The position numbers and the translations under genes were made by a program. Shown here piece by piece: positions 27,395 to 37,336 of a stretch of 64,000 nt of DNA. The notes beneath the pieces are model-generated. The model was given only the letters and a program-made list of their open reading frames with translations, had not been told where the DNA came from and searched no databases. Numbering within the stretch: position 1 is the stretch's first letter; the number at the start of each line of letters is the position of its first letter. Source of the DNA: Spirochaetales bacterium (GTDB taxonomy: Bacteria; Spirochaetota; Spirochaetia; SZUA-6; JAFGRV01); contig JAFGHO010000067.1 in NCBI GenBank assembly GCA_016930085.1, forward strand, positions 1,041 through 65,040. Direction: 5' to 3'.

Positions 27395-29800
27395 TCAGTG
27401 GACAACATTCACCCCATACTGCTCGAGGAGGGGGATGATCTCGGAACCGGAATGATCACTCAGCGGATTATCGCTGACATTGACCGTTTCGAGCCGCGGA
27501 AGGTCGATGAGTACGGATAAATCCGTGATACGGTTTGACCGGATATCGAGATTCCACAAGTACGGAAAGCCGCTTAACGGCGAGATATCGGTGATGTTGT
27601 TGCCGCCGAGATCGCACATAGAGAGGTTTCTGTTTCCGGCGAGCGGCGTTATATCCGTTATCCCGTTTCCCGCGGCGTGGAAAAAACTCAGGGACGGCCA
27701 ATTCGCAAGCGGCGAAAGATCGGTAATAGTGTTGTTATTTATCGAAAGCGAATCGAGGCTTTCGATTCCGGAGAGGAATGAAATATCCGTCAGGCCGCAC
27801 TTGTCAAGCTTGAGATCGATGAGTTTGGGCATTTCCAGAAGCGGACTGAAATCGGTGATATCGTTGCCGGAAATATCGAGTCTGCCGAGATTTGTCATCG
27901 CCAGAAGGGGGCTTATATCCGTCACATTATTACCGCCGATATAAAAACCGGTATAACTGTGAAGCAGCTTGTTCAAAACACTCAGGTCACTGATCTCGTT
28001 GTCGTTGAGGTACATATTGGTGAAATAGGTACCCTCGAGAAAATCGAGGTTCGTGATATTGTTTGATTCGAGGTGCAGTGCCCAGATCATATAAAGGTTC
28101 GAGTCCGAAAATGATTCATAGTCCTCTATGGGGACGGCATTGAGGGAAAGGATATCGAGGTCGATGCCCACCCTGCGAAGCGGACGGACACGAGTGATCG
28201 GATTCCGGTCGAGATACAGTTCGCAGAGATACGGGAGGTCGCTGTTGTTGAAAGGACTCAGGTCGCTGATATTGTTTTCCTCGAGGTGGAGGTAAAAGAT
28301 ATTGCCCGTCATGATGGGGGTAATATCCGAGATATTGTTTTCCCTGAATTCCATCTGTGCTATTCCGTCAAGGTCCGATAAGGGCTCCAGACTCGTTATA
28401 TCGTTCCCGTTCATGCAAAGCCTGTCCAGTTCCGAAAGGTGCCTGAGCGGTTCGAGATCCGAGATATTGTTGTCATTCATATAAAGATTCACCAGTGAAG
28501 CCGGTCCTTCAATACCGGACAGGTCGCCTATCATGTTGTTGTTCGCTCTCAGGCTGGTGATAAGGGAGAGTCCGGCAAGGGGGGTAATGTCCGTGATCCG
28601 GTTGTCACTCATCTCGAGTATTTTCAAAGAGACGAGTCCCGCAAGGGCGTCGATGTGCGTGATGCGGTTGTTGTTCATGTACAGTTCCGTAAGGGAGGTG
28701 CAGCCCGAAAGGGGGCCGATATCGGCAATAGTGTTGTTGTTGACGGACAACTCGCTCAGGGAGACAAGTCCGGCGAGTGCGGTAATATCCGATATAGCAT
28801 TATTATCGAGATCAAGGGATGTGAGGGCCGTTTTCCCGGCAAGAGCGGAAATATCGGTGAGTTCATTATATTGCAGTTCACATCCTGTCAGTCCGTACAT
28901 GTTTCTGAGACTTTCAATATTCCGGATAGTATTGTTCGATAGAGAAAGCGAGGACAGGTTCACGAGTGGGGCAAGCGGCGTTATATCGGCGATACGGTTA
29001 TAACCTACATCGAGAGAGGCAAGCGATGTCAGGCCGGAGAGCGGCGATAGATTGGCAATCCGGTTGTGGCCGGCGTAAAGTCTGGTAAGGTGCGATAATC
29101 CCGCAAGGGGACCGAGGTCCGTGACAGAATTACCGCCGCAGGACAGATATTCAAGATTCACAAGATTCTTTATTGGAAGTAAATCGGAAATGGCGTTGTT
29201 TCCGATATAAAGGGTTTTGAGATTGAGGAGTCCGGCAAGGGGTGAAATGTCGGTAACGGCATTGCCTGATACGGCGATGTACGTCAGATTCGCAAGCGAA
29301 GAAAGCGGGCCCAGATCGGCGATAGTGCTGCCGGTGAATACGATCTCTTCGAGGGCGGGAAGGTGTTCAATCCCGCTTATATCCGAAATATTCGGTTGAC
29401 GCTGCCGGAGGGAGGTGATGTTTTCGACTTCAAAGGCGTAAATATGGCCGGTGGACTTGCTGATGGTGAAGCGGATGAGGCTTTCGAAGGCCGGATCGGG
29501 AAAGGTGAGTATTTCCTGCTTCCCGCAATATCCCGGGAATTCGCTTATACTCCCGATATAATATCGAGCCACCAAAAGGGCGTCCACAATGTCGGCCTTT
29601 CCGTCATCGTTTACATCCATGTTTTCAGGGGCAATATTGGGAGGGTTTGTTCCCACATAATACTGCGCTATCAGAAGGGAATCGACAATATCGATACGCC
29701 CGTCATTATTCGCATCGCCGCAGGTCTGCCCGAAGGCGGTCACTCCCGGAAAAACGATTATAATGAAGAGAATCAAAAGGGAAACAACGCCTGGTTTCAT
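27395..29800 (-). CDS. Secreted protein: N-terminal type-I dockerin + ~25 leucine-rich repeats (internalin-like)
   Basis: Signal peptide. Duplicated Ca-binding dockerin segments (GDANNDGRIDIVDSLLIAQYYVG / MDVNDDGKADIVDALLVARYYIG). Then LxxLxxLxLxxNxIxDISPL repeats throughout. Confidence 0.8.
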   Translation of the reverse strand: MKPGVVSLLILFIIIVFPGVTAFGQTCGDANNDGRIDIVDSLLIAQYYVGTNPPNIAPENMDVNDDGKADIVDALLVARYYIGSISEFPGYCGKQEILTFPDPAFESLIRFTISKSTGHIYAFEVENITSLRQRQPNISDISGIEHLPALEEIVFTGSTIADLGPLSSLANLTYIAVSGNAVTDISPLAGLLNLKTLYIGNNAISDLLPIKNLVNLEYLSCGGNSVTDLGPLAGLSHLTRLYAGHNRIANLSPLSGLTSLASLDVGYNRIADITPLAPLVNLSSLSLSNNTIRNIESLRNMYGLTGCELQYNELTDISALAGKTALTSLDLDNNAISDITALAGLVSLSELSVNNNTIADIGPLSGCTSLTELYMNNNRITHIDALAGLVSLKILEMSDNRITDITPLAGLSLITSLRANNNMIGDLSGIEGPASLVNLYMNDNNISDLEPLRHLSELDRLCMNGNDITSLEPLSDLDGIAQMEFRENNISDITPIMTGNIFYLHLEENNISDLSPFNNSDLPYLCELYLDRNPITRVRPLRRVGIDLDILSLNAVPIEDYESFSDSNLYMIWALHLESNNITNLDFLEGTYFTNMYLNDNEISDLSVLNKLLHSYTGFYIGGNNVTDISPLLAMTNLGRLDISGNDITDFSPLLEMPKLIDLKLDKCGLTDISFLSGIESLDSLSINNNTITDLSPLANWPSLSFFHAAGNGITDITPLAGNRNLSMCDLGGNNITDISPLSGFPYLWNLDIRSNRITDLSVLIDLPRLETVNVSDNPLSDHSGSEIIPLLEQYGVNVVH

Positions 29801-29982
29801 TTTTTTTTCCTTTTTTGATATATATTCGAACTGTATTTCAGTTGTCCGTTTATTTTTGCATCAATGAAAGGTAAACGTATCATTGTATAACTCATCCCGT
29901 AAAAAGAAGGACGTTAACCTGTCATTCGAGATATTATATACCATATTGTATCAGCCGTCAACAAAATGTTATTACAGAATCG

Positions 29983-30002
29983 TTTTCGACCTCCGTCCCC
30001 GT
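29983..30002. repeat. Direct repeat copy 2 (TTTTCGACCTCCGTCCCCGT)
   Basis: See copy 1. Lies at the left edge of the AT-rich Fic island. Confidence 0.5.
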
Positions 30003-30147
30003 TATCTCAACCTACATCCCCCTCCCGGATGAGAATAACATACTTGATCATACCCGTTAAATGTAACATACTCCTTATTGAAAGAGCCGGAATCATTCAA
30101 TTTTGGGACGCGCGTGGGTATAATGGGAAGGTGCATGTCTGCATGGA

Positions 30148-30215
30148 AAGTAAAATATAAAATCCTATATTTTACTTTAAGGCCGTAAAGTAAAATATGG
30201 AATACTATATTTTAT
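30148..30215 (+). promoter_or_regulatory. Two tandem palindromic operator-like sites (AAGTAAAATAT-N8-ATATTTTA) upstream of or overlapping the fic start
   Basis: Site 1 at 30148-30177 and site 2 at 30188-30215, 40-bp register. Each is an inverted repeat AAAATAT...ATATTTT. Embedded in an AT-rich leader. Confidence 0.45.
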
Positions 30216-30228
30216 GTTGGGGAAAGAA

Positions 30229-31359
30229 ATGGATACAAAGGATTTCATGGCCGGTATTTATAAAAAGGCAGATAATTATCGGTATTTTATGCCTGAAAAA
30301 ATCAACCGTGCATTTATCTGGACAGATACTATGCTAAACGAAATCTTGGAAAAAGCATCGTTAAAACTAGGCGAACTGAACTCATTTTCACGACTTGTGC
30401 CGGATACCGATATGTTTATCCTTATGTATATTGTCAAGGAAGCGGTTATTTCAAGCCGTATTGAAGGAACACGGACTAATATCGAGGAAGCCTTTGCCGA
30501 AGAAAGTGATATCGATCCTGAAAAGAGGGACGACTGGAAGGAAGTGAAAAATTATGTCAACGCGATGAACCAGGCAATTAATGACCTTGAGAAGCTGCCT
30601 TTATCAAACCGGCTTATAAGAAAAACTCATGAGATATTATTGTCCGGAAGCAGGGGCGAAACAAAAACACCGGGAGAATTTCGTAAATCCCAGAACTGGA
30701 TCGGCGGGGTAAGTCTCGGCGATGCCGTTTTTATTCCTCCGTCACATATTGAATTGCCTGAATTATTATCGGATTTCGAGAAATTTCTGCATAACAGCGA
30801 TATCCATGTTCCACATCTGGTAAAGATAGCAATTGCCCATTATCAATTCGAGACTATACATCCATTCCTCGATGGTAACGGAAGGATTGGACGGCTTCTT
30901 ATAACACTTTACCTTGTCGCTAACGGAATCCTGGAGAAGCCTCTGTTGTATCTTTCGGATTTTTTCAATAAAAATAAAACATTGTATTATGACAATTTGA
31001 CTTTTGTACGCACCAAAAACGATCTCAATCAATGGATCAGATTTTTTTTGACGGGCGTTATCGATACGGCGGAAAACGGCGTTGCGACACTAAGGAAAAT
31101 AATTGCACTAAAAGAAACGATCGAGCATGATCATATCATGAAGATGGGAAAACGGCTTCAAACGGGACTTGCCCTGTTGCATGGAATATTAAGACAACCT
31201 CTGGTTTCGGCAAAAGACGTACAGGAAATGACACGTCTTTCTCCAAAGGCCGCAAACGATATTATAGATATTTTTATAGAAAAAAATATACTTGTCGAGA
31301 CCACAGGGTATAGACGAAATCGAAGTTATTTGTTCGAGTCATATATCAGGATGTTTTGA
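30229..31359 (+). CDS. fic: Fic/Doc family protein (AMPylator-type) with C-terminal winged-helix
   Basis: Canonical Fic motif HPFLDGNGRIGR. Alternative ATG at 30214 lies inside operator site 2. Confidence 0.85.
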   Translation: MDTKDFMAGIYKKADNYRYFMPEKINRAFIWTDTMLNEILEKASLKLGELNSFSRLVPDTDMFILMYIVKEAVISSRIEGTRTNIEEAFAEESDIDPEKRDDWKEVKNYVNAMNQAINDLEKLPLSNRLIRKTHEILLSGSRGETKTPGEFRKSQNWIGGVSLGDAVFIPPSHIELPELLSDFEKFLHNSDIHVPHLVKIAIAHYQFETIHPFLDGNGRIGRLLITLYLVANGILEKPLLYLSDFFNKNKTLYYDNLTFVRTKNDLNQWIRFFLTGVIDTAENGVATLRKIIALKETIEHDHIMKMGKRLQTGLALLHGILRQPLVSAKDVQEMTRLSPKAANDIIDIFIEKNILVETTGYRRNRSYLFESYIRMF

Positions 31360-31411
31360 CTTTGAGAATATTTTTATATGCTACTTCTTTATTAACCCGG
31401 GAGACTTGTAT

Positions 31412-32584
31412 TTGAGTAGTGAAAGTAAACAAATAAGCAATCCTTTTTCAACAGGTGGAGGTGGCATATATTTCGAAACACGCGTACAGTCGCTTTTTGT
31501 TGCGCTTATGCTTACGGGAGGATTTGCTCCATGTTTACCATGCTGCCCGATTACCAGGATTAAACTTCAGGGAAGATTTGCCGGATTCAATACTGATGAT
31601 ATGATCGTTTATATGAGTGATACATCGGGTAAGGAACGAAAACTTCTTGGACAGATCAAACATACAATAAGTATAACCGAAAGCGAAGAGGTTTTTAGAG
31701 AAGTAATACAGGCCGCATGGAATGATTATAGTAATCCGGATATTTTTACAAAAAATGAAGATGTTTTTGCACTTATTACCGGCCCTCTCAGTGTGACTGA
31801 TATCAATGATACAAGAACGATACTTGAATGGGCGAGGGCTTCAGGAAATGCAGATGAGTTTTTTACCAAAGTGAAACTGGCAAGATTTAGCAGTAAGCAA
31901 AAGAAAAAAAAGCTGGATGTATTCAAGCTCAATCTAAAGAAAGCTAACAAAGAAAAAGATATACCCAATGAAATTATTTTCGATTTTCTTAAACATTTCA
32001 ATCTTATCGGTTACGACCTTGACATCAAGTCCGGTGTCACATTGTCACTATTACATTCTATAATTGGTCAGTATTCACAGGATAATGCAGAATCAATATG
32101 GACAAGAATTGTCGATGAGGTTCAATCGGCAAACAAAAATGCAGGCACAATAACAATGGATATGCTTCCGGTGGAATTACAAAACATTTTTGGCAAGAAA
32201 GAAATCAATACAATACCTTCTGATTTACCAAAACCAGAGATTGAATCTATTTCTCCAGACTGGACACACCATAAATATGCTGTTCCATTATCAATCTCAG
32301 TTATTGCAGGTGCATGGAACGAGCAAAATCAAATGGATTGCGAGATTGTCGGCAAACTTGCAGGTGAAAATTACGAATCATGGATAGTCAAATTAAGAGA
32401 AATACTTCATGAATCGGAGAATCCTCTTGATTTTCGAAACGGACGCTGGAATATAAAAAACAGAATAAATCTGTGGGATATGCTGGGCTCGAGGATTTTT
32501 GGCAATAATCTGGATACATTCAAGGAATGTGCAATCAAGGTATTAGCGGAATATGACCCTCAATTTGATTTAAAACCAGAATAA
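31412..32584 (+). CDS. Hypothetical protein (no recognisable domain), island gene 2
   Basis: Long AT-rich ORF. Probable TTG start at 31412 with RBS GGGAGA 7 nt upstream; the ORF track extends it to a TTG at 31292 overlapping fic. No signal peptide or TM segment. Confidence 0.5.
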   Translation: MSSESKQISNPFSTGGGGIYFETRVQSLFVALMLTGGFAPCLPCCPITRIKLQGRFAGFNTDDMIVYMSDTSGKERKLLGQIKHTISITESEEVFREVIQAAWNDYSNPDIFTKNEDVFALITGPLSVTDINDTRTILEWARASGNADEFFTKVKLARFSSKQKKKKLDVFKLNLKKANKEKDIPNEIIFDFLKHFNLIGYDLDIKSGVTLSLLHSIIGQYSQDNAESIWTRIVDEVQSANKNAGTITMDMLPVELQNIFGKKEINTIPSDLPKPEIESISPDWTHHKYAVPLSISVIAGAWNEQNQMDCEIVGKLAGENYESWIVKLREILHESENPLDFRNGRWNIKNRINLWDMLGSRIFGNNLDTFKECAIKVLAEYDPQFDLKPE

Positions 32585-32614
32585 AGATTTGCAGCAGGTA
32601 TCCATGGAAAGGTT

Positions 32615-34981
32615 TTGAGTTATTCACGTGATATACGTAAAGGTATGGCAGAAGGGCTTGCCTTGATGGGCACAAGATCAAAATCGTTGATTAATTGTAC
32701 GGAACAAAAACCGGAAGCTGTTGCTGTTCTTACGATAAGAGAAATTTTTGATAAAGCCGGTTGGAAACGCTGGGCAAGTCTGAACGATTTGCTTCCAATA
32801 TTAGCCGAAGCATCGCCCGTAGAATTCCTTACTGCTGTGGAGCAGGCATTACAACAAAATGAATGCCCTTTTGATGAATTATTCGCACAGGAAGGAAAAG
32901 GATTATTGGGAAGTAATTATCTGTCCGGATTATGGTGGGCTTTGGAAGCTCTTTCATGGGATGAGGAATATATAACTCGAACATGTGTCATTCTTGGAGA
33001 ACTTGCATCTCATGATCCTGGCGGGAATTGGGCCAATCGACCAATTAATTCCTTAACTTCGATTTTATTGCCATGGCATCCTCAAACAAAAGCAAATAGT
33101 GATACAAGGATCGCCGCTTTCAAGGCTGTCCTTTTAGAATTTCCCGGAATTGCCTGGAAACTGGTCATTAATTTACTTCCTGAACAACATCAAACTTCAT
33201 CCAGTACATATAAACCACAATGGCGTAATCCAATACCTGGAGATTGGAAACCCAAAGTAACAAACAAGGAATATCAGGATCAAGTTGAAAAATATGCAGA
33301 TATAGCTGTTTATATGGCTGTTACAGATCCTTCCAGGATTAAGGATTTGGTTGAAAATCTTGATAATCTGCCTGAATCATCCTTTGACAGGATATTGAGA
33401 CATATTTCTTCAAAACAGGTAACATCGCTTCCTGAAAATGAACGGTTGCCCATTTGGATAAGTTTGAAACAATGTGCCAGAAAGCACCGGCGGTATGCAG
33501 ACACACAATGGGCTCTGGATGCTGTTTCAGTATCAAAAATAGAAGCGGCTGCCAAAAAGATTGCACCTGAAAGCCCTGAGGGGCGTTACAGAGAACTTTT
33601 TATAAATAGAAGCAATTATCTTTATGAAAGTAATAGTGATATACAAGAACAGAATGATAAATTGAATGAAAAACGACAAAAAGCTGTACAGGAAATAATG
33701 GATAAAGATGGAATTAATGGGATTATAGCTTTTACACATACTGTTGAATCTGCTGAGCAGGTAGGATGGGCACTTGGCGCAATAGCAAATGACGAAATCG
33801 ATACTTATTTGTTGCCTGAATTTTTAACGGATAAGACAGAAAAAATCAAACGCTTCATAAGCATGTATATATTAAATCGATATTGTATATATAGATGGGA
33901 ATGGGTTGATGGGTTGAATCGCTCTCACTGGACCATGGATCATAATTGTCAGTTCCTCATGTGTTTGCCATTTGTCATCGATACATGGCATAGAGTAACA
34001 AAATGGCTAAACGAAGATGAAAATCAATACTGGAAAAAAGTTAATGTTAATCCATATGATTCAGATGATGACCTTGTTTTCGCAATCGATAAACTTATTG
34101 AGGCAGGAAGACCTCAAAAAGCAATTGATTGCCTGTGTTACAGAAAATACAAGAAATTGCCACTAGATAGGGATCGTACAATGAAAGCTTTATTTAATGC
34201 AATATCTTCTGAAGAATCATCGGCTTATATAGATTCTTTAAATGCTATAGAACTTATTAAAGAACTTCAAAACGATCCTGAAGCCGATCCAAACGATCTT
34301 TTTAAAATCGAATGGGCATATTTACCCTTACTCGATTCTCATCACGATGCCGAACCAAAGTTTCTTGAGAAACAACTCGCTTCAAACCCTGGGTTTTTCT
34401 GCGAATTGATTCAACTTGTGTTTAAATCCAGCAAAGAAGAAAAAAATGACATTAATATAAATGAAGGAAGCAAAAATATTGCGGAGAATACATGGAGACT
34501 TCTTCATAATTGGAAAAGGCCGCCTGGAATGAATGAAAATGGAAATTTCGAATCAAAATATTTTAAGTCATGGCTTGAAATTGTAAAAGAAAAGTGCAGG
34601 GAATCCGGACATTATGAAGTAGCTATGAGGAAGATAGGTGAGGTGCTTGTATATTGTCCTGCCGATAAAGAGGGACTCTGGATTGATAAAGATATTGCAA
34701 GAATGCTGAATGAAAAGGATGCCGATCCTATGAGAAGGGGATTCAATACAGAAGTATACAATTCGAGAGGTTTTCATGCAGTTGATCCAAAAGGTAAACA
34801 GGAAAGGGAAATAGCTGGTAAATGGAGGGAAAAAGCATATGCTGTCGATAATGAAGGTTTCGCACGATTTGCCGCATCATTACGCGAGTTGGCCGGTTCT
34901 TTTGAACGTGAAGCAAGGATGTTTAAAAATATATTTATTGATGAATTCGGATTGGTAACTGGTGAGGAAGATACAGACTAA
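32615..34981 (+). CDS. Hypothetical 788-aa protein (no recognisable domain), island gene 3
   Basis: Uninterrupted 2.37-kb ORF, AT-rich, predicted cytoplasmic and largely alpha-helical. Start uncertain (TTG 32615 or ATG 32645). Confidence 0.55.
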   Translation: MSYSRDIRKGMAEGLALMGTRSKSLINCTEQKPEAVAVLTIREIFDKAGWKRWASLNDLLPILAEASPVEFLTAVEQALQQNECPFDELFAQEGKGLLGSNYLSGLWWALEALSWDEEYITRTCVILGELASHDPGGNWANRPINSLTSILLPWHPQTKANSDTRIAAFKAVLLEFPGIAWKLVINLLPEQHQTSSSTYKPQWRNPIPGDWKPKVTNKEYQDQVEKYADIAVYMAVTDPSRIKDLVENLDNLPESSFDRILRHISSKQVTSLPENERLPIWISLKQCARKHRRYADTQWALDAVSVSKIEAAAKKIAPESPEGRYRELFINRSNYLYESNSDIQEQNDKLNEKRQKAVQEIMDKDGINGIIAFTHTVESAEQVGWALGAIANDEIDTYLLPEFLTDKTEKIKRFISMYILNRYCIYRWEWVDGLNRSHWTMDHNCQFLMCLPFVIDTWHRVTKWLNEDENQYWKKVNVNPYDSDDDLVFAIDKLIEAGRPQKAIDCLCYRKYKKLPLDRDRTMKALFNAISSEESSAYIDSLNAIELIKELQNDPEADPNDLFKIEWAYLPLLDSHHDAEPKFLEKQLASNPGFFCELIQLVFKSSKEEKNDININEGSKNIAENTWRLLHNWKRPPGMNENGNFESKYFKSWLEIVKEKCRESGHYEVAMRKIGEVLVYCPADKEGLWIDKDIARMLNEKDADPMRRGFNTEVYNSRGFHAVDPKGKQEREIAGKWREKAYAVDNEGFARFAASLRELAGSFEREARMFKNIFIDEFGLVTGEEDTD

Positions 34982-35203
34982 ATCTAAACTTTTACATGTG
35001 AAACGAATATTATATTTATCTATCCATTATCAGAAACCAATCTTCCCTGATACTCCGGCCGTATAAAAATCCTTCTTGTAATACCCGCAGAATAATAAAA
35101 AAGGCGGCAAGGAAGCCTCCTTGGGGCCGTCTTTCCGGCGTCCCCGTGCTTCCCGCACCGCCCTTTCAGATGAAAAGGAATCAAGGCCGCAAGGCGGCCC
35201 CGA

Positions 35204-37336
35204 TTATTGATGTTCGCCCGCAAGCCGCATGGCGGCTGTAACCAGCGATATAAACTCCTCCCGGTAGCCGTATTCGTCCTTTCCGCGTGAGCCCCCGGCA
35301 AGATCGAGCACCTGCTCATAGGACGCATCGGCCTTGTGTTCCGAGTTTCTGAGGAGCAGTCCCCATTCGGCGACCGCCGAGGCGAACCGGAAATTGTCGG
35401 AGGAGGCCGTTAGCGGGATATCCTCATCGCGAACGGGGATTTCTATCAGGATGCTTGTATCCCCTTTCGGTTTTTTGTAGCGGAACTTCATTGTCATGAT
35501 TTCGTCCGTATTGTATGCGCCGTCGTTTATCCTCGTTTCCTGGTATTTCAGCTCCGTCCCGCCGCCGTCTCCAATCGAAGGAACGATTTCATAGAGGGCG
35601 GTAACGCTGTGTCCTGCGCCGAGTTCGCCCGCGTCCTTTGTGTCGTCGGCAAAATCTTCCTTCGCCATCACGCGGTTTTCGTATCCGATCAAGCGGTACG
35701 AATCGACGCGTGCGGGATTGAACTCGATCTGGATTTTCACGTCTTTCGCGATGGTAAGCAGGGTGCTTCCCATCTCCTCGACGAGGACCTTTTTCGCTTC
35801 GGAGACCGTGTCGATATAGGCGTAATTGCCGTTTCCCTTGTCGGCGAGTTTTTCCATCTTCGAATCCTTGTAGTTACCCATACCGAAGCCCAGAATCGTG
35901 AGGAAGATGCCCTTGTTTCGTTTTTCCTCGATCAGGCGGACCAGTTCCGCGTCGCTTGACACACCGACATTGAAATCGCCGTCCGTCGCGAGGATCACCC
36001 TGTTGTTTCCCTGCGGATTATAGTACTTCTCCGCCGTTTCATAGGCGAGCGAGATTCCCGCCCCGCCCGCGGTCGAACCGCCCGCCGAAAGACGTTCCAG
36101 CGCCCCGATGATCTTGCCCTTATCCGTTCCCGCTGTCGGGGGAAGGACAAGACCGGCCGCCGAGGCGTACACCGCGATAGCGACCCTGTCTTCCTGCCGC
36201 AGCTGATCGACGAGCAGGGAGAAGGCCTTTTTGAGAAGCGGCAGCTTGTTCTGGCTTTCCATCGACCCGGAAGTGTCGATGAGAAAAACGAGGTTGTTCG
36301 GCGGGAGCTGTGTCTTCGGGATCTCCTTCCCCTGTATGCCGATATGGATGAGCCGGTGCGGGGTGTTCCACGGGCATTCGGATATTTCGGTATAAAAGGC
36401 AAAGGGGTGCTCGCCCGAGGGCTGGGGATATTCGTAGGTAAAGTAGTTGACGAGTTCCTCGATCCTGACCGCATCCGGATAGGGAAGCCTGCCGTCGGTG
36501 ATAAACCGCCGCACGTTCGCATAGGAGGCGGTATCCACGTCGATGGAAAAGGTGGAGAGGGGGTTGTCGACCGCTTTCAGAAATCTGTTCTCGTAAATTC
36601 TGTCGTATTCCTCGGTATTCCAATCGGCTTCATCACCGCTTGAAAGAAGTTTGATCCTTTCGTCCGTCTTCCTTTCTTCTTCCGCGGATGCTTCGTATAG
36701 TTCCATGTCCATTCCCGATGTTTCGTCGATCATTGAATAAGCGAATATCCCCTTCTCGCCGGGTGAGGGCGGATTTTCTTCCTGGGCGGCGGTTTTCTTC
36801 TTTTCATCGGGTTTGTATTCCTTCTCTTCCTTTTTTACCGCGCTCCCCGAGCTTTCCGTTTCTTTCGATGCCGTCCTTCCCCGTTCGCCCGCTTCCGCCG
36901 GGTTTTCACTCTCCTGTTTATCCGCTTTCGGCTCCGGTATATCTTCGTCGAACGCATCGGGCACGATTCCTTCCGTGCCGGGTATCATCCCTTCAGGCGG
37001 CCCGGTGTATGTATTTATCGTGTCTTCGCTTTTCATGGTCTGCCAGAGGGGGATAAAAACCGCAAAACCGAAAACGGCGCAGAAAACCGCCGCTGCCGCG
37101 GTCACCGCGATTTTCATACCGTGTCTGCCCAGCCATTCGGTTACCGGATGGGATTTGTCCGTGAACTCTCTGAGAAGTCTTTTTTTGAGTGTTTTTCTGA
37201 ATTCCTCATCCATTGTGACATCCGGTTTCGAGGAAACGAGTTTTTCGATTATTTTCTTCAATTCGGTCTCCTTTTCCTTCAATGACGGATCGACCTCATA
37301 AAGGTCGTTCAAGATTGCATGTATTGTTTCATTCAT
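35204..37336 (-). CDS. Anti-sigma factor (N-terminal zinc-finger-less anti-sigma domain + TM) fused to periplasmic vWA domain, YfbK-like
   Basis: RBS AGGAGG. N-terminal cytoplasmic helix bundle, one TM (VTAAAAVFCAVFGFAVFIPLW), acidic linker. vWF_A N-domain (FSIDVDTASYANVRRFI...VRIEELVNYF). vWA MIDAS (DTSGSM ... ATDG). Start ATG overlaps the sigma-factor stop (ATGA). Confidence 0.75.
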   Translation of the reverse strand: MNETIHAILNDLYEVDPSLKEKETELKKIIEKLVSSKPDVTMDEEFRKTLKKRLLREFTDKSHPVTEWLGRHGMKIAVTAAAAVFCAVFGFAVFIPLWQTMKSEDTINTYTGPPEGMIPGTEGIVPDAFDEDIPEPKADKQESENPAEAGERGRTASKETESSGSAVKKEEKEYKPDEKKKTAAQEENPPSPGEKGIFAYSMIDETSGMDMELYEASAEEERKTDERIKLLSSGDEADWNTEEYDRIYENRFLKAVDNPLSTFSIDVDTASYANVRRFITDGRLPYPDAVRIEELVNYFTYEYPQPSGEHPFAFYTEISECPWNTPHRLIHIGIQGKEIPKTQLPPNNLVFLIDTSGSMESQNKLPLLKKAFSLLVDQLRQEDRVAIAVYASAAGLVLPPTAGTDKGKIIGALERLSAGGSTAGGAGISLAYETAEKYYNPQGNNRVILATDGDFNVGVSSDAELVRLIEEKRNKGIFLTILGFGMGNYKDSKMEKLADKGNGNYAYIDTVSEAKKVLVEEMGSTLLTIAKDVKIQIEFNPARVDSYRLIGYENRVMAKEDFADDTKDAGELGAGHSVTALYEIVPSIGDGGGTELKYQETRINDGAYNTDEIMTMKFRYKKPKGDTSILIEIPVRDEDIPLTASSDNFRFASAVAEWGLLLRNSEHKADASYEQVLDLAGGSRGKDEYGYREEFISLVTAAMRLAGEHQ

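Noticed and set aside
27900-29400. Apparent nucleotide-level periodicity suggesting a DNA repeat array
   Set aside because: The periodicity (~66-72 nt) reflects the protein-level leucine-rich repeats of the LRR-dockerin gene, not a non-coding repeat.
35609-37301. Several 100-170-aa plus-strand ORFs (35609, 36344, 36688, 36813)
   Set aside because: All are antisense within the anti-sigma/vWA gene. Their translations are Arg/Ser/Pro-rich without motifs.
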